A stretch of DNA of 64,000 nt from Minisyncoccota bacterium (GCA_035402745.1 DAONDV010000001.1:19636-83635), one strand, 5' to 3'. Counted from the first letter of the stretch, positions 19,698-30,475 are shown. Numbers and translations: made by a program. The notes: a model not told the origin generated them from the letters alone.

Positions 19698-20033
19698 TTT
19701 GCCTCCGTTTTTGATTGTTTCAGAACTGATTTAACTATAGCATAAAATTGATAAAAAATCAACCCAATGATCGGTGAATGGAAATTATTAAAAAGCTTTA
19801 TCCCCAGTATTTTACTTGCGTTTTCGTTATGATTTGCTATACTTATTTCAATCGCTCAGATTATATGCAATGAAAAATGAAGCGAGGTCAAAACACTTGA
19901 CTTAATTTTAATTTTGGCATAAAATCACAAAAAGCGAAATAATTAAAATATAATAAAAAATCGTATTTTTTAGTCGAATAAATAAAATATAATTTTTCCC
20001 GAGATGGCTTAATTCGCGGGATAAAGTAAAAAA

Positions 20034-21233
20034 ATGGCAGAGAAAAAGAAGTTCGAAAGAACAAAAGCACACGTTAATATTGGTACTATTGGTCACGTTG
20101 ATCACGGTAAAACTACTTTGACCGCGGCCATCATGCATGTCCTTAATTTTAAGGGCTATGTTCAAAAACTTGAGGATGTGTCTCAAATCGATAATGCTCC
20201 TGAAGAAAGAGCTCGTGGTATTACCATCTCTCTTCATCACTCAGAATATGAATCAGATACCAGACACTATGCTCACATTGACGCTCCGGGACACGCTGAC
20301 TATATCAAGAACATGATTACTGGTGCCGCTCAAATGGACGGCGCAATTTTGGTTGTTTCAGCTGCTGACGGTCCGATGCCTCAAACTAGAGAGCACATTT
20401 TGTTAGCTAATCAAGTAGGTGTTCCTAAAATCATTGTTTTCTTAAACAAAGTTGATCAGGTTTCTGATCCAGAATTAATTGATTTGGTAGAAAGCGAAGT
20501 TCGCGAACTTTTGACCAAATATCACTTCCCAGGCGATGAAACTCCTATTATTAGAGGTTCTGCCTTGAAAGCTTTGAATTCTAAATCACTTGATGATCCT
20601 GATGCTAAACCTATCTTAGATTTAATCGCTGCCGCTGACAGCTATATTCCAGAACCTTCTCGTGAAATTGATAAGCCTTTCTTAATGCCTATCGAAGATA
20701 TCTTCACTATTGAAGGACGTGGTACCGTTGTTACTGGCCGCGCCAGCAGAGGTATTATTAAAGTAAATGACGAAGTAGAAATCGTAGGATTAAAACCAAC
20801 TCAAAAAACTGTTGTTACCGGTATTGAAATGTTCAATAAAACATTGGACGAAGGAAGAGCCGGAGATAACGTTGGAATTTTGCTCCGTGGTTTGAAGAAA
20901 GAAGATGTAGAAAGAGGTCAGGTTGTTGCTAAACCTGGATCCATTACTCCACACACCGAATTTACAGCAGAACTTTATATTTTGACCAAAGAAGAAGGAG
21001 GTCGTCACACCCCATTCTTTAAAGGATATAAGCCACAATTTTACATCAGAACTACTGATGTAACCGGTGAAGTATTCTTACCAGAAGGGACTGAAATGAT
21101 TATGCCTGGTGATACTGCCAATCTTAGCGTTAAATTGATTGCTCCAGTAGCCTTAGAAGAAAAGCAAAAATTTGCTATTCGCGAAGGCGGAAAGACAGTA
21201 GGAGCTGGTGTAGTCACTAAGATCATTAAATAA
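20034..21233 (+). CDS. tuf: Elongation factor Tu
   Basis: [36 protein letters not shown]. Confidence 0.99.
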   Translation: MAEKKKFERTKAHVNIGTIGHVDHGKTTLTAAIMHVLNFKGYVQKLEDVSQIDNAPEERARGITISLHHSEYESDTRHYAHIDAPGHADYIKNMITGAAQMDGAILVVSAADGPMPQTREHILLANQVGVPKIIVFLNKVDQVSDPELIDLVESEVRELLTKYHFPGDETPIIRGSALKALNSKSLDDPDAKPILDLIAAADSYIPEPSREIDKPFLMPIEDIFTIEGRGTVVTGRASRGIIKVNDEVEIVGLKPTQKTVVTGIEMFNKTLDEGRAGDNVGILLRGLKKEDVERGQVVAKPGSITPHTEFTAELYILTKEEGGRHTPFFKGYKPQFYIRTTDVTGEVFLPEGTEMIMPGDTANLSVKLIAPVALEEKQKFAIREGGKTVGAGVVTKIIK

Positions 21234-21255
21234 ATTTTATTAGCTCTTTAAAGCA

Positions 21256-21591
21256 ATGACTAAAGCAAAAGCAAAGAAAGAAGAACCTAAACAGAAGATT
21301 AGGATCAAAATAAAATCTTATGACCACAAGGTCTTAGATAATTCTTGTAAGCAGATTGTTGATACTGCGGCGCGTTATGTTTCAGAAATTATTGGCCCCG
21401 TGCCATTACCGACTGATATTAGACGCTACACTGTCAACCGCTCAACTTTCGTGCACAAGGATTCTCGAGAACAATTTGAACTTAGGGTGCATAAAAGATT
21501 GATTGACATTTTTAGTCCTAATCAAAAAGTCATTGATGCTTTAATGAGTTTAAATCTACCAGCTGGCGTTGATGTTGAGATTAAGATGTAG
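21256..21591 (+). CDS. rpsJ: 30S ribosomal protein S10
   Basis: [32 protein letters not shown]. Confidence 0.99.
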   Translation: MTKAKAKKEEPKQKIRIKIKSYDHKVLDNSCKQIVDTAARYVSEIIGPVPLPTDIRRYTVNRSTFVHKDSREQFELRVHKRLIDIFSPNQKVIDALMSLNLPAGVDVEIKM

Positions 21592-21651
21592 AAGTTTCGT
21601 TCACATAATCTCGTTTAACTTACCAGAACTAACAACGCTATTCGCTAGCCG

Positions 21652-21684
21652 ATAAAATGCCCGGGCTAGGCCCGGCATTTTATT
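21652..21684 (+). terminator. Terminator/attenuator-like hairpin between rpsJ and rplC
   Basis: ATAAAATGCC-c-GGGC-tag-GCCC-GGCATTTTAT. Confidence 0.65.
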
Positions 21685-21708
21685 CAAAAAATATATTAAT
21701 TATAAACT

Positions 21709-22332
21709 ATGTCCAACAAATTTATACTAGCCCAAAAAATAGGAATGACACAGATGTTCCAAGATGAGAAGCTTGTTCCTGTAACCCTTTTAGAAGCGGG
21801 GCCAGTTGTTGTTGTTCAAGTAAAAAATAAAGAAAAAGATGGTTACGAAGCTGTACAGGTTGGCTTTGGAGAAAAGAAAACAAAAAATATTACTAAAGCG
21901 GTAAAAGGACATATGAAAGGTTTGGGTAATTTCCGTTGGTTGAAAGAATTCCGCATCAAGGAAGATGCTGAGAAAAAAGAATTCAATCCTGGCGATAAAA
22001 TCGATCTTTCTATTTTTGTTGAAGGAGATAATGTTAATCTCAAAGGTTATAACAAATCCAAGGGATTCCAAGGCGTTGTAAAACGTCATGGATTTCATGG
22101 AGGTCCTAAAACTCACGGTCAAAAAAATAGACTTCGCGCTCCTGGTTCTATCGGTGCTACTCATCCGCAGCATGTGACCAAAGGAAAGAGAATGGCGGGC
22201 AGAATGGGACATGAAATGATTAATTTGAAGAAATGTAAAATAATGCAAATTGACACAGCCAATAATATTTTAGCTATCAGAGGCGCTGTGCCTGGAAAAA
22301 AGGGCGATTTGATTGAAATTGTAGGAAAATAA
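21709..22332 (+). CDS. rplC: 50S ribosomal protein L3
   Basis: KIGMTQ, GYEAVQVGF, KGFQGVVKRH, RAPGSIG. Confidence 0.99.
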   Translation: MSNKFILAQKIGMTQMFQDEKLVPVTLLEAGPVVVVQVKNKEKDGYEAVQVGFGEKKTKNITKAVKGHMKGLGNFRWLKEFRIKEDAEKKEFNPGDKIDLSIFVEGDNVNLKGYNKSKGFQGVVKRHGFHGGPKTHGQKNRLRAPGSIGATHPQHVTKGKRMAGRMGHEMINLKKCKIMQIDTANNILAIRGAVPGKKGDLIEIVGK

Positions 22333-22333
22333 T

Positions 22334-22966
22334 ATGAACACTAAACTTTACAATCAAGAAGCTAAAGTTGTTGGAGAAGTAGAATTACCAGAAAAGATTT
22401 TTGGAGTGAAATGGAATCCCACTTTAGTTCATCAAATCGTAGTAGGAATAGATGCTAATCGCCGACATGTAATTGCTCATGCTAAAGGCAGGGGCGAAGT
22501 AAGAGGCGGCGGTAAGAAACCTTGGAAACAAAAAGGAACAGGAAGAGCCCGTCATGGATCTATTCGTTCTCCATTGTGGAAAGGGGGTGGCGTAACCTTC
22601 GGCCCGACTAAGGAAAGAAACTTTAGTCAGAAAATGAATAAGAAGGCCAAGCAGCAAGCTTTGTTTAGCGTTTTATCTAAGAAATTGGCAGATCAAGAAA
22701 TAAAAATTGTTGATACTATCAAGATTAAAGACGCGAAAACAAAAGAAGTATCTAAGATTTTAAAGAATTTCTTCCCGGTAAAAAAGAACAGCGGATTGAT
22801 AATCTTGGGAGGAACCAATACAGAATTAATTAGAGCTGTCAGAAATTTAAGTTTTGCTCAAATTAGTTCCGTTAATAACACTAGTGTTAAAGATTTGCTT
22901 CTCTATAAGAATATTTTATTCTTTAAAGATGCAATTGGTAAATTAAGCGAAGTATACAAAGCATAA
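22334..22966 (+). CDS. rplD: 50S ribosomal protein L4
   Basis: RGEVRGGGKKPWKQKGTGRARHGSIRSP. Confidence 0.99.
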   Translation: MNTKLYNQEAKVVGEVELPEKIFGVKWNPTLVHQIVVGIDANRRHVIAHAKGRGEVRGGGKKPWKQKGTGRARHGSIRSPLWKGGGVTFGPTKERNFSQKMNKKAKQQALFSVLSKKLADQEIKIVDTIKIKDAKTKEVSKILKNFFPVKKNSGLIILGGTNTELIRAVRNLSFAQISSVNNTSVKDLLLYKNILFFKDAIGKLSEVYKA

Positions 22967-22970
22967 AATT

Positions 22971-23366
22971 ATGGGAATATTCGGTGCGACAAAAACAAAT
23001 AAGACTAAATCAACAGCAAAGAAAGAGGTTGTTAAGAAAGAAATTGTAAAGCAGAGTGATTCCAGCGTTAAAAAAACTAACGCAACTTTTGCGCACGATA
23101 TTATTGTTTTTCCTCGTATTACCGAAAAATCTCACAATGTTGCTCATTTAAGACAATACGCTTTTAATGTCAGAAAGGATGCTAATAAAGATACGGTTAG
23201 AAAAGCGGTTGAGCAAATTTATAATGTTAAAATTGAAAAAGTAAGAATTGCTAACATCCCAACCAAAAAAACCAGATCAACTAAGGTTATGGGAAAGAAA
23301 TATGGCTATAAAAAAGCCATAGTTACTTTAAAGGAAGGTTTTACTATTGAAGTTACTCCGCAATAA
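22971..23366 (+). CDS. rplW: 50S ribosomal protein L23 with Lys-rich N-terminal extension
   Basis: PRITEKS, YAFNV...ANK, KKAIVTL. Confidence 0.96.
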   Translation: MGIFGATKTNKTKSTAKKEVVKKEIVKQSDSSVKKTNATFAHDIIVFPRITEKSHNVAHLRQYAFNVRKDANKDTVRKAVEQIYNVKIEKVRIANIPTKKTRSTKVMGKKYGYKKAIVTLKEGFTIEVTPQ

Positions 23367-23377
23367 TATAGAAATAT

Positions 23378-24205
23378 ATGTCTAAAACATTCAAACCTAC
23401 AACTCCATCATTAAGGCAAAGAACAGCCTTAGAATTCAAAAAAGTTACCACTACCGATAAACCTTTTAAGGCTCTTTTGGGGACCGTGATTGAGAAAGCT
23501 GGCAGAAATAATAAAGGCAGAATTACCGTTCGTCATCAAGGGGGTGGTGTTAAGAAAATGTATCGCATGATTGATTTTAAGCAAAACAAATTTAATGTTC
23601 CTGCTAAAGTAGAAACTATTGAATACGATCCAAATCGTAATGCTTTTATCAGCTTAGTGCTTTACAAAGATGGAGAAAGAAGATATGTTTTAAATGCAGA
23701 AGGAATGAAAGTGGGACAAGAAATTGTTTCCGGAGAAACTGCGCCAATTAAAATTGGTAATCGTTTGCCATTGAAAAATATCCCGGTAGGTACTGCTGTT
23801 CATAATATTGAACTTTTGCCGAATGAAGGTGGTAAAATGATTAAGTCTGCTGGCTCTATGGCGGAAGTAATGGGTTTGGAAGGCAAATATGCTATTCTTA
23901 AACTTTCTTCCGGTGAAACTAGAAAAGTTTTAGCTCAATGTTTTGCTAGCATTGGACAAATATCAAATTCTGAATTTAGAACTGTTAATATCGGAAAAGC
24001 CGGTCGTTCCAGACATTTGGGTGTAAGACCGACAGTGCGTGGTTCAGCTATGAATCCTTGCGACCATCCTTACGGTGGTGGTGAAGGAAAACAACCTAGA
24101 GGTACCAGAAAACCAAAGACTCTTTGGGGTAAGGTTACTGGTGGACACAAGACTAGAAGAAAGAAGAAGTGGTCAAATGTTTTAATTATTAAAAGAAGAA
24201 AATAA
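23378..24205 (+). CDS. rplB: 50S ribosomal protein L2
   Basis: GRITVRHQGGG, IEYDPNR, RGSAMNPCDHPYGGGEG. Confidence 0.99.
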   Translation: MSKTFKPTTPSLRQRTALEFKKVTTTDKPFKALLGTVIEKAGRNNKGRITVRHQGGGVKKMYRMIDFKQNKFNVPAKVETIEYDPNRNAFISLVLYKDGERRYVLNAEGMKVGQEIVSGETAPIKIGNRLPLKNIPVGTAVHNIELLPNEGGKMIKSAGSMAEVMGLEGKYAILKLSSGETRKVLAQCFASIGQISNSEFRTVNIGKAGRSRHLGVRPTVRGSAMNPCDHPYGGGEGKQPRGTRKPKTLWGKVTGGHKTRRKKKWSNVLIIKRRK

Positions 24206-24208
24206 ACT

Positions 24209-24538
24209 ATGTCTAGAAGTCTTAAAAAGGGTCCGTTTATTGATCCTAGATTATTGGAAAAAATAGCCAAAGTAAAAGTGGGAAGCAGGGAAGTAATCAA
24301 AACCTGGTCTCGCGATTCTATGATTAGCCCGGAAATGGTGGGATATCTTTTTGGCGTCCATAATGGTAAAGACTTTATTAATGTTTCCGTAACAGAAGAT
24401 ATGGTAGGACATCGTTTGGGAGAATTTTCTCTTACTCGTAAATTTATGAAACACGGAGGGAAAATGCAGAAGGAATTGGAAAAATCAGCTGCTCAATCAG
24501 CTGCTCCTGCCCCTAGCGCCTCAGCTAATAAAAAATAA
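24209..24538 (+). CDS. rpsS: 30S ribosomal protein S19
   Basis: [28 protein letters not shown]. Confidence 0.99.
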   Translation: MSRSLKKGPFIDPRLLEKIAKVKVGSREVIKTWSRDSMISPEMVGYLFGVHNGKDFINVSVTEDMVGHRLGEFSLTRKFMKHGGKMQKELEKSAAQSAAPAPSASANKK

Positions 24539-24540
24539 TT

Positions 24541-25089
24541 ATGAATAAAACAGATAAAAAACAATCAATCGCTAAATTGAATTATTTGAAAATCGCTCCT
24601 AGAAAGGTGCGCTTGATTGCCAATCTGTTAAAGAAAAAGAATGTAATAGAAGCGGAATCCGAATTGCTTTATCGTCCGCAAAGAGCGGCTAAACCGTTAT
24701 TGAAATTATTGCGTTCTTCTGTTAGCAATGCCGTTAATAAGAATTTTAAAAAAGAAAATCTTTTTGTATCTGAAATTAGAGTAGATCAAGGACCAATGTT
24801 GAAACGTTGGATGCCTAGAGCTATGGGACGAGCTACACCAATTCATAAAAAAATGTCTCACATTACTTTAGTTTTGGAAGAAAAAGAAGGAGAACAGAAA
24901 ACAAGATTTAAAGCTCCATCATTGAAAACCATAAAATCTGATAAAAATGTTGGTCATGAAAAAGGTGAAACTAAAGTAAAAGATGTCAAAAAAGAAATAA
25001 AGGAAGTAAAAGAATTAAAATCACAGAAAACCAGCGAGCCGAAAGTTAAGGCGAAGTCTATTCAACGAAGGTCAATGACTAATGGTTAA
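24541..25089 (+). CDS. rplV: 50S ribosomal protein L22 with Lys-rich C-terminal extension
   Basis: IAPRKVRLIA, VDQGP.LKR..PRAMGRA..I.K..SHITLVL, then about 70 extra aa. Confidence 0.97.
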   Translation: MNKTDKKQSIAKLNYLKIAPRKVRLIANLLKKKNVIEAESELLYRPQRAAKPLLKLLRSSVSNAVNKNFKKENLFVSEIRVDQGPMLKRWMPRAMGRATPIHKKMSHITLVLEEKEGEQKTRFKAPSLKTIKSDKNVGHEKGETKVKDVKKEIKEVKELKSQKTSEPKVKAKSIQRRSMTNG

Positions 25090-25121
25090 AAAATCGTAAA
25101 TTTAAACAATATTCGCATACT

Positions 25122-25805
25122 ATGGGACAAAAAATAAATCCAAAATCTTTAAGAATAGGAATCATCAAGGACTGGGATTCTAAATGGTTCACTAATAAGA
25201 AATTAACTCCAATAATGTTGGAGGAGGATTTTAAGATCCGTGAATATTTGGATAAGAAATTAAAAGCTGCCAATGTGGAAACAATTAGCGTAGAAAGATT
25301 GGGATCTAATCTTAATGTTAATATTTTTACTGCTCGTCCGGGTATGATTATTGGTAGAGGTGGAGAAGAAGTTGCTAAGATTAAGGTTGATTTGGAAAAA
25401 ATCATTAAAAAACATAGAAAAGAATATAAAGTAGGAGTTATTCCAGCTCTTCATTTGAATATTGAAGAAGTGAAATCTCCTATGGCCAGCGCGACTATTG
25501 TTGGACAAATGATTGCCGAAAGCATTGAAAAAAGAATGCCTTATCGCAGAACCATAAAGAAAATGATTGAACAAGTTTCTCAGAATAAAGAAGTTAAAGG
25601 AGTAAAAATAAAATTATCAGGACGTTTGGATGGCGCTGAAATTTCTCGTTCCGAATGGTTGGATTGGGGTAAAATGCCTTTGCAAACTTTGAGAGCGGAT
25701 GTTGATTATGCGAAGGTAAGAGCACGTTGTACCTATGGTACAATCGGCATTAAAGTTTGGATTTATAAAGGCGAAGTTTTTAATAAAAAGAATCTTCAGA
25801 AATAA
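25122..25805 (+). CDS. rpsC: 30S ribosomal protein S3
   Basis: MGQKINP, ARPGMIIGRGG, GRLDGAEISRSE. Confidence 0.99.
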   Translation: MGQKINPKSLRIGIIKDWDSKWFTNKKLTPIMLEEDFKIREYLDKKLKAANVETISVERLGSNLNVNIFTARPGMIIGRGGEEVAKIKVDLEKIIKKHRKEYKVGVIPALHLNIEEVKSPMASATIVGQMIAESIEKRMPYRRTIKKMIEQVSQNKEVKGVKIKLSGRLDGAEISRSEWLDWGKMPLQTLRADVDYAKVRARCTYGTIGIKVWIYKGEVFNKKNLQK

Positions 25806-25823
25806 TTCTGATTAAACAAAAAT

Positions 25824-26237
25824 ATGTTAATTCCTAAGAAAGTAAAACATAGAAAGTGGCAAAAAGGCAGATCTAAAAATCGCCAAATTGATACCAGGGG
25901 CATTCGTTTGTCTTTTGGTTCTTATGGTTTGCAAGCCATTTCCAATTCTTGGGTAACCAGCAGACAGATTGAGGCGGCTAGAAGAGCCATTGTTAATTAT
26001 TTGAAAAAAGGAGGAAAGCTTTGGATTCGTATTTTTCCCGATAAGCCGGTAACACAAAGACCGCCGGAAGTAACCATGGGCGGAGGAAAGGGTAACGTAG
26101 AATATTATGTTTTTCCAGTGAGAAGAGGAAGAGTTTTATTTGAATTGGACGGAGTTACCGAAGAAATTGCCAGAGAAGCCTTAAGAAGAGCTAATGATAA
26201 AATGCCGTTGAAGACTAAATTTATAAAAGCAATCTAA
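25824..26237 (+). CDS. rplP: 50S ribosomal protein L16
   Basis: [32 protein letters not shown]. Confidence 0.99.
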   Translation: MLIPKKVKHRKWQKGRSKNRQIDTRGIRLSFGSYGLQAISNSWVTSRQIEAARRAIVNYLKKGGKLWIRIFPDKPVTQRPPEVTMGGGKGNVEYYVFPVRRGRVLFELDGVTEEIAREALRRANDKMPLKTKFIKAI

Positions 26238-26239
26238 CT

Positions 26240-26434
26240 ATGGACTTAAAAGACCTAAAAAAACAAACAGAAAGTGAATTGCAGTCGTTGTTGGCTCAAA
26301 AGCAAGAACGCTTAAGAGTGTTGCGTTTTGATTTATCTTTTGGTAAAGTTAAAAACGTTCGCGAAATACGCGCTACCAGAAAAATCATCGCGCAGATTCA
26401 AACTATTTTAAAAGAATGGAAAACAAAAAAGTAA
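26240..26434 (+). CDS. rpmC: 50S ribosomal protein L29
   Basis: LRF...G.VKN.REIR..RK.IAQI.TIL.E; syntenic position. Confidence 0.96.
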   Translation: MDLKDLKKQTESELQSLLAQKQERLRVLRFDLSFGKVKNVREIRATRKIIAQIQTILKEWKTKK

Positions 26435-26715
26435 ACAATAAAAAATTGAGAGGAACAGTAACTTCCGATAAAATGCAGAAGACTATTGTGGTTGAGATTG
26501 TAAGAACTAAACAACATCCTCGCTATAAAAAGACCTTGAAAATAAAGAGTCATTTTAAGGCCCATGATGAAAACAACGAAGCTAAGAAAGGTGATTATGT
26601 TTTGATAGAAGAATGCCGTCCTTTGTCTAAAGATAAAAAATGGAGATTGTTGTCCGTTATTAAGAAATTTGAAGCTGAAAAAATAGACGAGTCGGTTGAA
26701 GCAGAAAACAAATAA
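26416..26715 (+). CDS. rpsQ: 30S ribosomal protein S17
   Basis: [33 protein letters not shown]. Confidence 0.98.
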   Translation: MENKKVNNKKLRGTVTSDKMQKTIVVEIVRTKQHPRYKKTLKIKSHFKAHDENNEAKKGDYVLIEECRPLSKDKKWRLLSVIKKFEAEKIDESVEAENK

Positions 26716-26716
26716 T

Positions 26717-27085
26717 ATGATACAACCTAGATCAATGTTAAAAGTAGCAGATAATAGCGGAGCCAAGATTGTACAATGTTTTAAGGTCTTGGGCGGTTCA
26801 CGCAGGCGTTATGCCGAAGTGGGCGATATTATTGTTGCTTCTGTGAAGGTAGCAGAACCACGCAAGGCGGTTAAGAAAAAAGATGTTGTGAAATGCGTTA
26901 TAGCAAGACAAAGAAAGCAATTGAAGCGCGCAGATGGTTCTTATATAAAATTTGATGAAAATGCCGTAATCTTGATTGATGCTAAAAAGCAACCAAGAGC
27001 AACTCGTATTTTCGGTCCTATTCCAAGAGAATTAAGAGAAAAAGGATATGATGCCATTATTTCTATGGCTAGCGATGTAATTTAA
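26717..27085 (+). CDS. rplN: 50S ribosomal protein L14
   Basis: MIQ...[21 protein letters not shown]. Confidence 0.99.
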   Translation: MIQPRSMLKVADNSGAKIVQCFKVLGGSRRRYAEVGDIIVASVKVAEPRKAVKKKDVVKCVIARQRKQLKRADGSYIKFDENAVILIDAKKQPRATRIFGPIPRELREKGYDAIISMASDVI

Positions 27086-27098
27086 ATAATATATTTGT

Positions 27099-27419
27099 AT
27101 GACTCAACAGAAAGTTAAAATTAAAAAAGGCGACGAGGTGATGATGTTAGCTGGAAAAGACAAGGGAAAGAAAGGTAAGATTTTAACGGTTATTAGAAAA
27201 AATAATCGCGTGGTTGTTGACGGATTGAATTTGGTAAAAAAGAATCGCAGACCTAAAAAACAAGGAGAAAAAGGAGAGATTATTTCTATGCCGAGAGCAG
27301 TGGATATTTCTAATGTAGCTTTATTTTGCTCACGCTGTAATAAAGGAGTGCGAGTTGGTTATCGCTTGTCGGGCGATAAGAAGATAAGAATTTGCAGAAA
27401 ATGCCAAGAGACTATTTAA
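27099..27419 (+). CDS. rplX: 50S ribosomal protein L24
   Basis: KIKKGDEV...AGKDKGKKG (KOW), ISNVAL. Confidence 0.98.
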   Translation: MTQQKVKIKKGDEVMMLAGKDKGKKGKILTVIRKNNRVVVDGLNLVKKNRRPKKQGEKGEIISMPRAVDISNVALFCSRCNKGVRVGYRLSGDKKIRICRKCQETI

Positions 27420-27973
27420 AATTAGAAAAAAAATATAAGACAGAAATCGTTCCAAGTCTTAAAAAAGAATTTCATTTGAAAAATGAAATGGCTGTCCCAA
27501 AAATGGTAAAAGTGGTTGTTAATGCTGGAATTGGCCGTATTTTGATATCTTCCGCTCAGGGTAAAACTCGCGATGAATTATTGGGAGAAATTAAAACAGA
27601 TTTTTCTTCTATTGTCGGACAAATGCCGTTAGAAACTAAAGCTAGGAAATCAATCGCCGCTTTTAAGATTAGAGAAGGTATGACTGTTGGTTTGTCCGCT
27701 ACTTTGCGTGGAAAAAGAATGTATGATTTCTTGGATAGATTGATTAATGTTGCTTTGCCTCGCGTAAGAGATTTTCGCGGATTGAATAAGGATAGTTTTG
27801 ATGAGATGGGCAATCTTAATATTGGTATTAAAGATATGATGGCTTTTCCGGAAGTCCCTCCTACCAGCACTCGTCATATTTTCGGTTTGCAAATTACAGT
27901 TGTTGTTGATTCTAAGAATAAAGAACAGGCAGTCGCTTTGTGTCGGGCAATAGGATTCCCGCTTAAAAAATAA
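27401..27973 (+). CDS. rplE: 50S ribosomal protein L5
   Basis: VPKMVKVVVNAG, ARKSIAAFKIREG, LPRVRDFRG. Confidence 0.98.
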   Translation: MPRDYLKLEKKYKTEIVPSLKKEFHLKNEMAVPKMVKVVVNAGIGRILISSAQGKTRDELLGEIKTDFSSIVGQMPLETKARKSIAAFKIREGMTVGLSATLRGKRMYDFLDRLINVALPRVRDFRGLNKDSFDEMGNLNIGIKDMMAFPEVPPTSTRHIFGLQITVVVDSKNKEQAVALCRAIGFPLKK

Positions 27974-27991
27974 TAACTTTCTAATACAATT

Positions 27992-28177
27992 ATGGCTAAA
28001 ACATCAATGATCGCTAAAGCTAAAAGAAAACCTAAATTTTCAACTCGCGTTGTGAGGAGATGTTTTCGTTGTGGGCGCAAAGGCGGTTATATCGGAGATT
28101 TTGGAATTTGTCGTATTTGTTTTAGAGAAATGGCTAGTCGTGGCGAAATCCCAGGAATAAAGAAAGCGTCTTGGTAA
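27992..28177 (+). CDS. rpsN: 30S ribosomal protein S14, Zn-binding type
   Basis: [23 protein letters not shown]. Confidence 0.98.
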   Translation: MAKTSMIAKAKRKPKFSTRVVRRCFRCGRKGGYIGDFGICRICFREMASRGEIPGIKKASW

Positions 28178-28197
28178 AAAATTAATTAAATAATATT

Positions 28198-28587
28198 ATG
28201 GATCCAATTAGTTCAATGATAACGCAAATAAGGAATGCTTTGGCGGTAAAAAAACCGTTTATTTCGATTCCTGCATCTAATTTTAAATATGACCTAGCGT
28301 CTTTATTGGCTGATTTGGGATATTTAAGAAGTGTTAGCCGCGTGGGCAGAGGAATCAAGAAATATTTGAAAATTGAATTGAAATATAACAATAATGGTGA
28401 ATCTGTCTTGAGACAAATAAAGAAAATCAGTAAACCTGGGCAAAGAATTTATTTACCCAGTCATGAAATCAAAGCAGTAAAATCTGGATTAGGTTGTTTG
28501 ATCGTTTCTACTTCCAGTGGCTTGATGACAAATAAAGAGGCGAGGAAAAAGGGTTTGGGCGGAGAAATAATCTGCGAAGTATTTTAA
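28198..28587 (+). CDS. rpsH: 30S ribosomal protein S8
   Basis: MDPISSMITQIRNA, ISKPGQRIY, STSSGLMT. Confidence 0.98.
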   Translation: MDPISSMITQIRNALAVKKPFISIPASNFKYDLASLLADLGYLRSVSRVGRGIKKYLKIELKYNNNGESVLRQIKKISKPGQRIYLPSHEIKAVKSGLGCLIVSTSSGLMTNKEARKKGLGGEIICEVF

Positions 28588-28596
28588 ATAATATTT

Positions 28597-29145
28597 ATGT
28601 CTAAAATAGGAAAACAAATTATTATATTGCCAGAAAAGATTGAAGCTAAGATTGAAGACTCTAAAATAATTATCAAAGGGCCTAAGGGAGAATTAAGCGT
28701 TGATATTATTTTTGGTTTTAAGGTTGAGATTAATGAAAAAGACATTAAAGTCATTCCGGAAAGCAATTTTAGCAAAAAGAAACCAGCTTTATGGGGTACT
28801 TTGCGCGCTTTGATAAATAATGCCGTTATCGGTGTATCTAAAGGTTTTGAGAAAAAATTAGAAATTGAAGGTATTGGTTTTAAGGCTGCTCTTGATGGCC
28901 AGAATTTGTCTTTGAATGTTGGCTTCTCTCATCCGGTAAAATTTCCTATTCCTGAAGGAATTAAAATTACTATAGAAAAAAATCTTCTTACTATTTCCGG
29001 TATAAGTAAAGATTTGGTTGGTAGAACAGCAGCCGATATTCGCGCCATTAAGAAACCAGAGCCATACAAAGGCAAGGGAATTCATTATGTAGGAGAAGTA
29101 ATCAGACGTAAGTCGGGTAAGAAAGCGGCTGGTACTACAGCTTAA
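28597..29145 (+). CDS. rplF: 50S ribosomal protein L6
   Basis: MSKIGK, KGPKGEL, GFSHP, PEPYKGKGI. Confidence 0.99.
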   Translation: MSKIGKQIIILPEKIEAKIEDSKIIIKGPKGELSVDIIFGFKVEINEKDIKVIPESNFSKKKPALWGTLRALINNAVIGVSKGFEKKLEIEGIGFKAALDGQNLSLNVGFSHPVKFPIPEGIKITIEKNLLTISGISKDLVGRTAADIRAIKKPEPYKGKGIHYVGEVIRRKSGKKAAGTTA

Positions 29146-29166
29146 TTTTCTTTATAATACTTAAAT

Positions 29167-29526
29167 ATGGCAATTAGCATTACGAAAATAAAAAGAGAAA
29201 AAAGAATCAAAAGACATCGCCGAATAAAAGCGACTATTAGTGGTACCCGTCAAATTCCTCGTTTGTCTGTTTTTCGCTCCAATAAACATATTTACGCTCA
29301 ATTGATTAATGACAGCAAAGGAATAGTTTTGGCTTCTGCTTCGGATAAAGAAATAAAAACTAAAGGAAAGAAAGTTGATATTGCTAAATCCGTGGGAGAA
29401 TTAATTGCCAAAAAAGCTAAAGATTTGAAGATTAATAAAACCGTTTTTGATCGCGGAGGATTCCAATATCATGGTCGTGTTAAGAATTTGGCTGATGGAG
29501 CTCGCGAGGCCGGATTAAAATTTTAA
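29167..29526 (+). CDS. rplR: 50S ribosomal protein L18
   Basis: [28 protein letters not shown]. Confidence 0.99.
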   Translation: MAISITKIKREKRIKRHRRIKATISGTRQIPRLSVFRSNKHIYAQLINDSKGIVLASASDKEIKTKGKKVDIAKSVGELIAKKAKDLKINKTVFDRGGFQYHGRVKNLADGAREAGLKF

Positions 29527-29535
29527 ACAAAAAAT

Positions 29536-30042
29536 ATGCGTCCACATTTTGGTAGAAGAGAAGAAAAAATATTTGATGAGAAACTTCTTGATTTAAGAAG
29601 GGTTGTTCGTGTCACCGCTGGTGGTAAACGTTTTAGTTTCCGCGCTACTTTGGTAATTGGAGATAAAAAAGGAAGAGTGGCAGTGGGTATTGCTAAAGGT
29701 AAAGATGTTGCTCAAGCTATCGCTAAAGCAAAAGCTTCAGCGGAAAAAAGATTGATCAATGTTCCTATTATTGATGGTACTATTCCTCATGAAATTACCG
29801 CTAAATATTGCGCAGCTCAAGTTCTTTTGAAACCAGCCAAAGAAGGTCATGGATTGGTAGCTGGCGGCCCTGTGCGTATTGTTTGCGATCTCGCCGGAAT
29901 CAGGAATTTAAGTGCTAAAATTTTAGGACGTACCCCTAATAAATTATCTAATGCTCGTGCTACTTTGGAAGCTTTAAAAAATTTAAAACCAGCAACAAGA
30001 AAACAGGCAAAGGCCGAGGTTAAAGAGGTTGAAGAAAAATAA
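29536..30042 (+). CDS. rpsE: 30S ribosomal protein S5
   Basis: RVVRVTAGGKRFSF, GDKKGRV, AGGPVR. Confidence 0.99.
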   Translation: MRPHFGRREEKIFDEKLLDLRRVVRVTAGGKRFSFRATLVIGDKKGRVAVGIAKGKDVAQAIAKAKASAEKRLINVPIIDGTIPHEITAKYCAAQVLLKPAKEGHGLVAGGPVRIVCDLAGIRNLSAKILGRTPNKLSNARATLEALKNLKPATRKQAKAEVKEVEEK

Positions 30043-30046
30043 AAAA

Positions 30047-30463
30047 ATGCAATTACACGATCTTAAAAAAGAATATAAGCAAAAAGATAAAAAGAGGGTA
30101 GGACGAGGAGGAAAACGAGGTACTACTTCCGGTCATGGAACAAAAGGACAGAAATCAAGGGCTGGTCATAAAATTAGGCCGGCTATTAGAGATCTTATCA
30201 TTAAGTTGCCTAAACAACGCGGTTTTAAATTTAAGAGTATTCAGACCAAGCCACAAACTGTTAATATTGGTGTGATTGATAAACATTTTAAGTCCGGAGA
30301 AATAGTATCTCCAAAAACTTTGTTGGTTAAGAAATTAATTAGCAAGGAAAAAGGAAGAATGCCAAAGGTTAAGGTTTTAGGTGGAGGTAAATCTGCCAAG
30401 AAATTTGTTTTTCAAAATTGCGTTTTTTCTAAAGATTTAAAGTATAAATTAAAAATTAAATAA
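30047..30463 (+). CDS. rplO: 50S ribosomal protein L15
   Basis: KRVGRGGKRGTTSGHG.KGQKSRAG, LPKQRGF; follows rpsE directly (no rpmD). Confidence 0.97.
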   Translation: MQLHDLKKEYKQKDKKRVGRGGKRGTTSGHGTKGQKSRAGHKIRPAIRDLIIKLPKQRGFKFKSIQTKPQTVNIGVIDKHFKSGEIVSPKTLLVKKLISKEKGRMPKVKVLGGGKSAKKFVFQNCVFSKDLKYKLKIK

Positions 30464-30475
30464 ATATTTTTTGTC

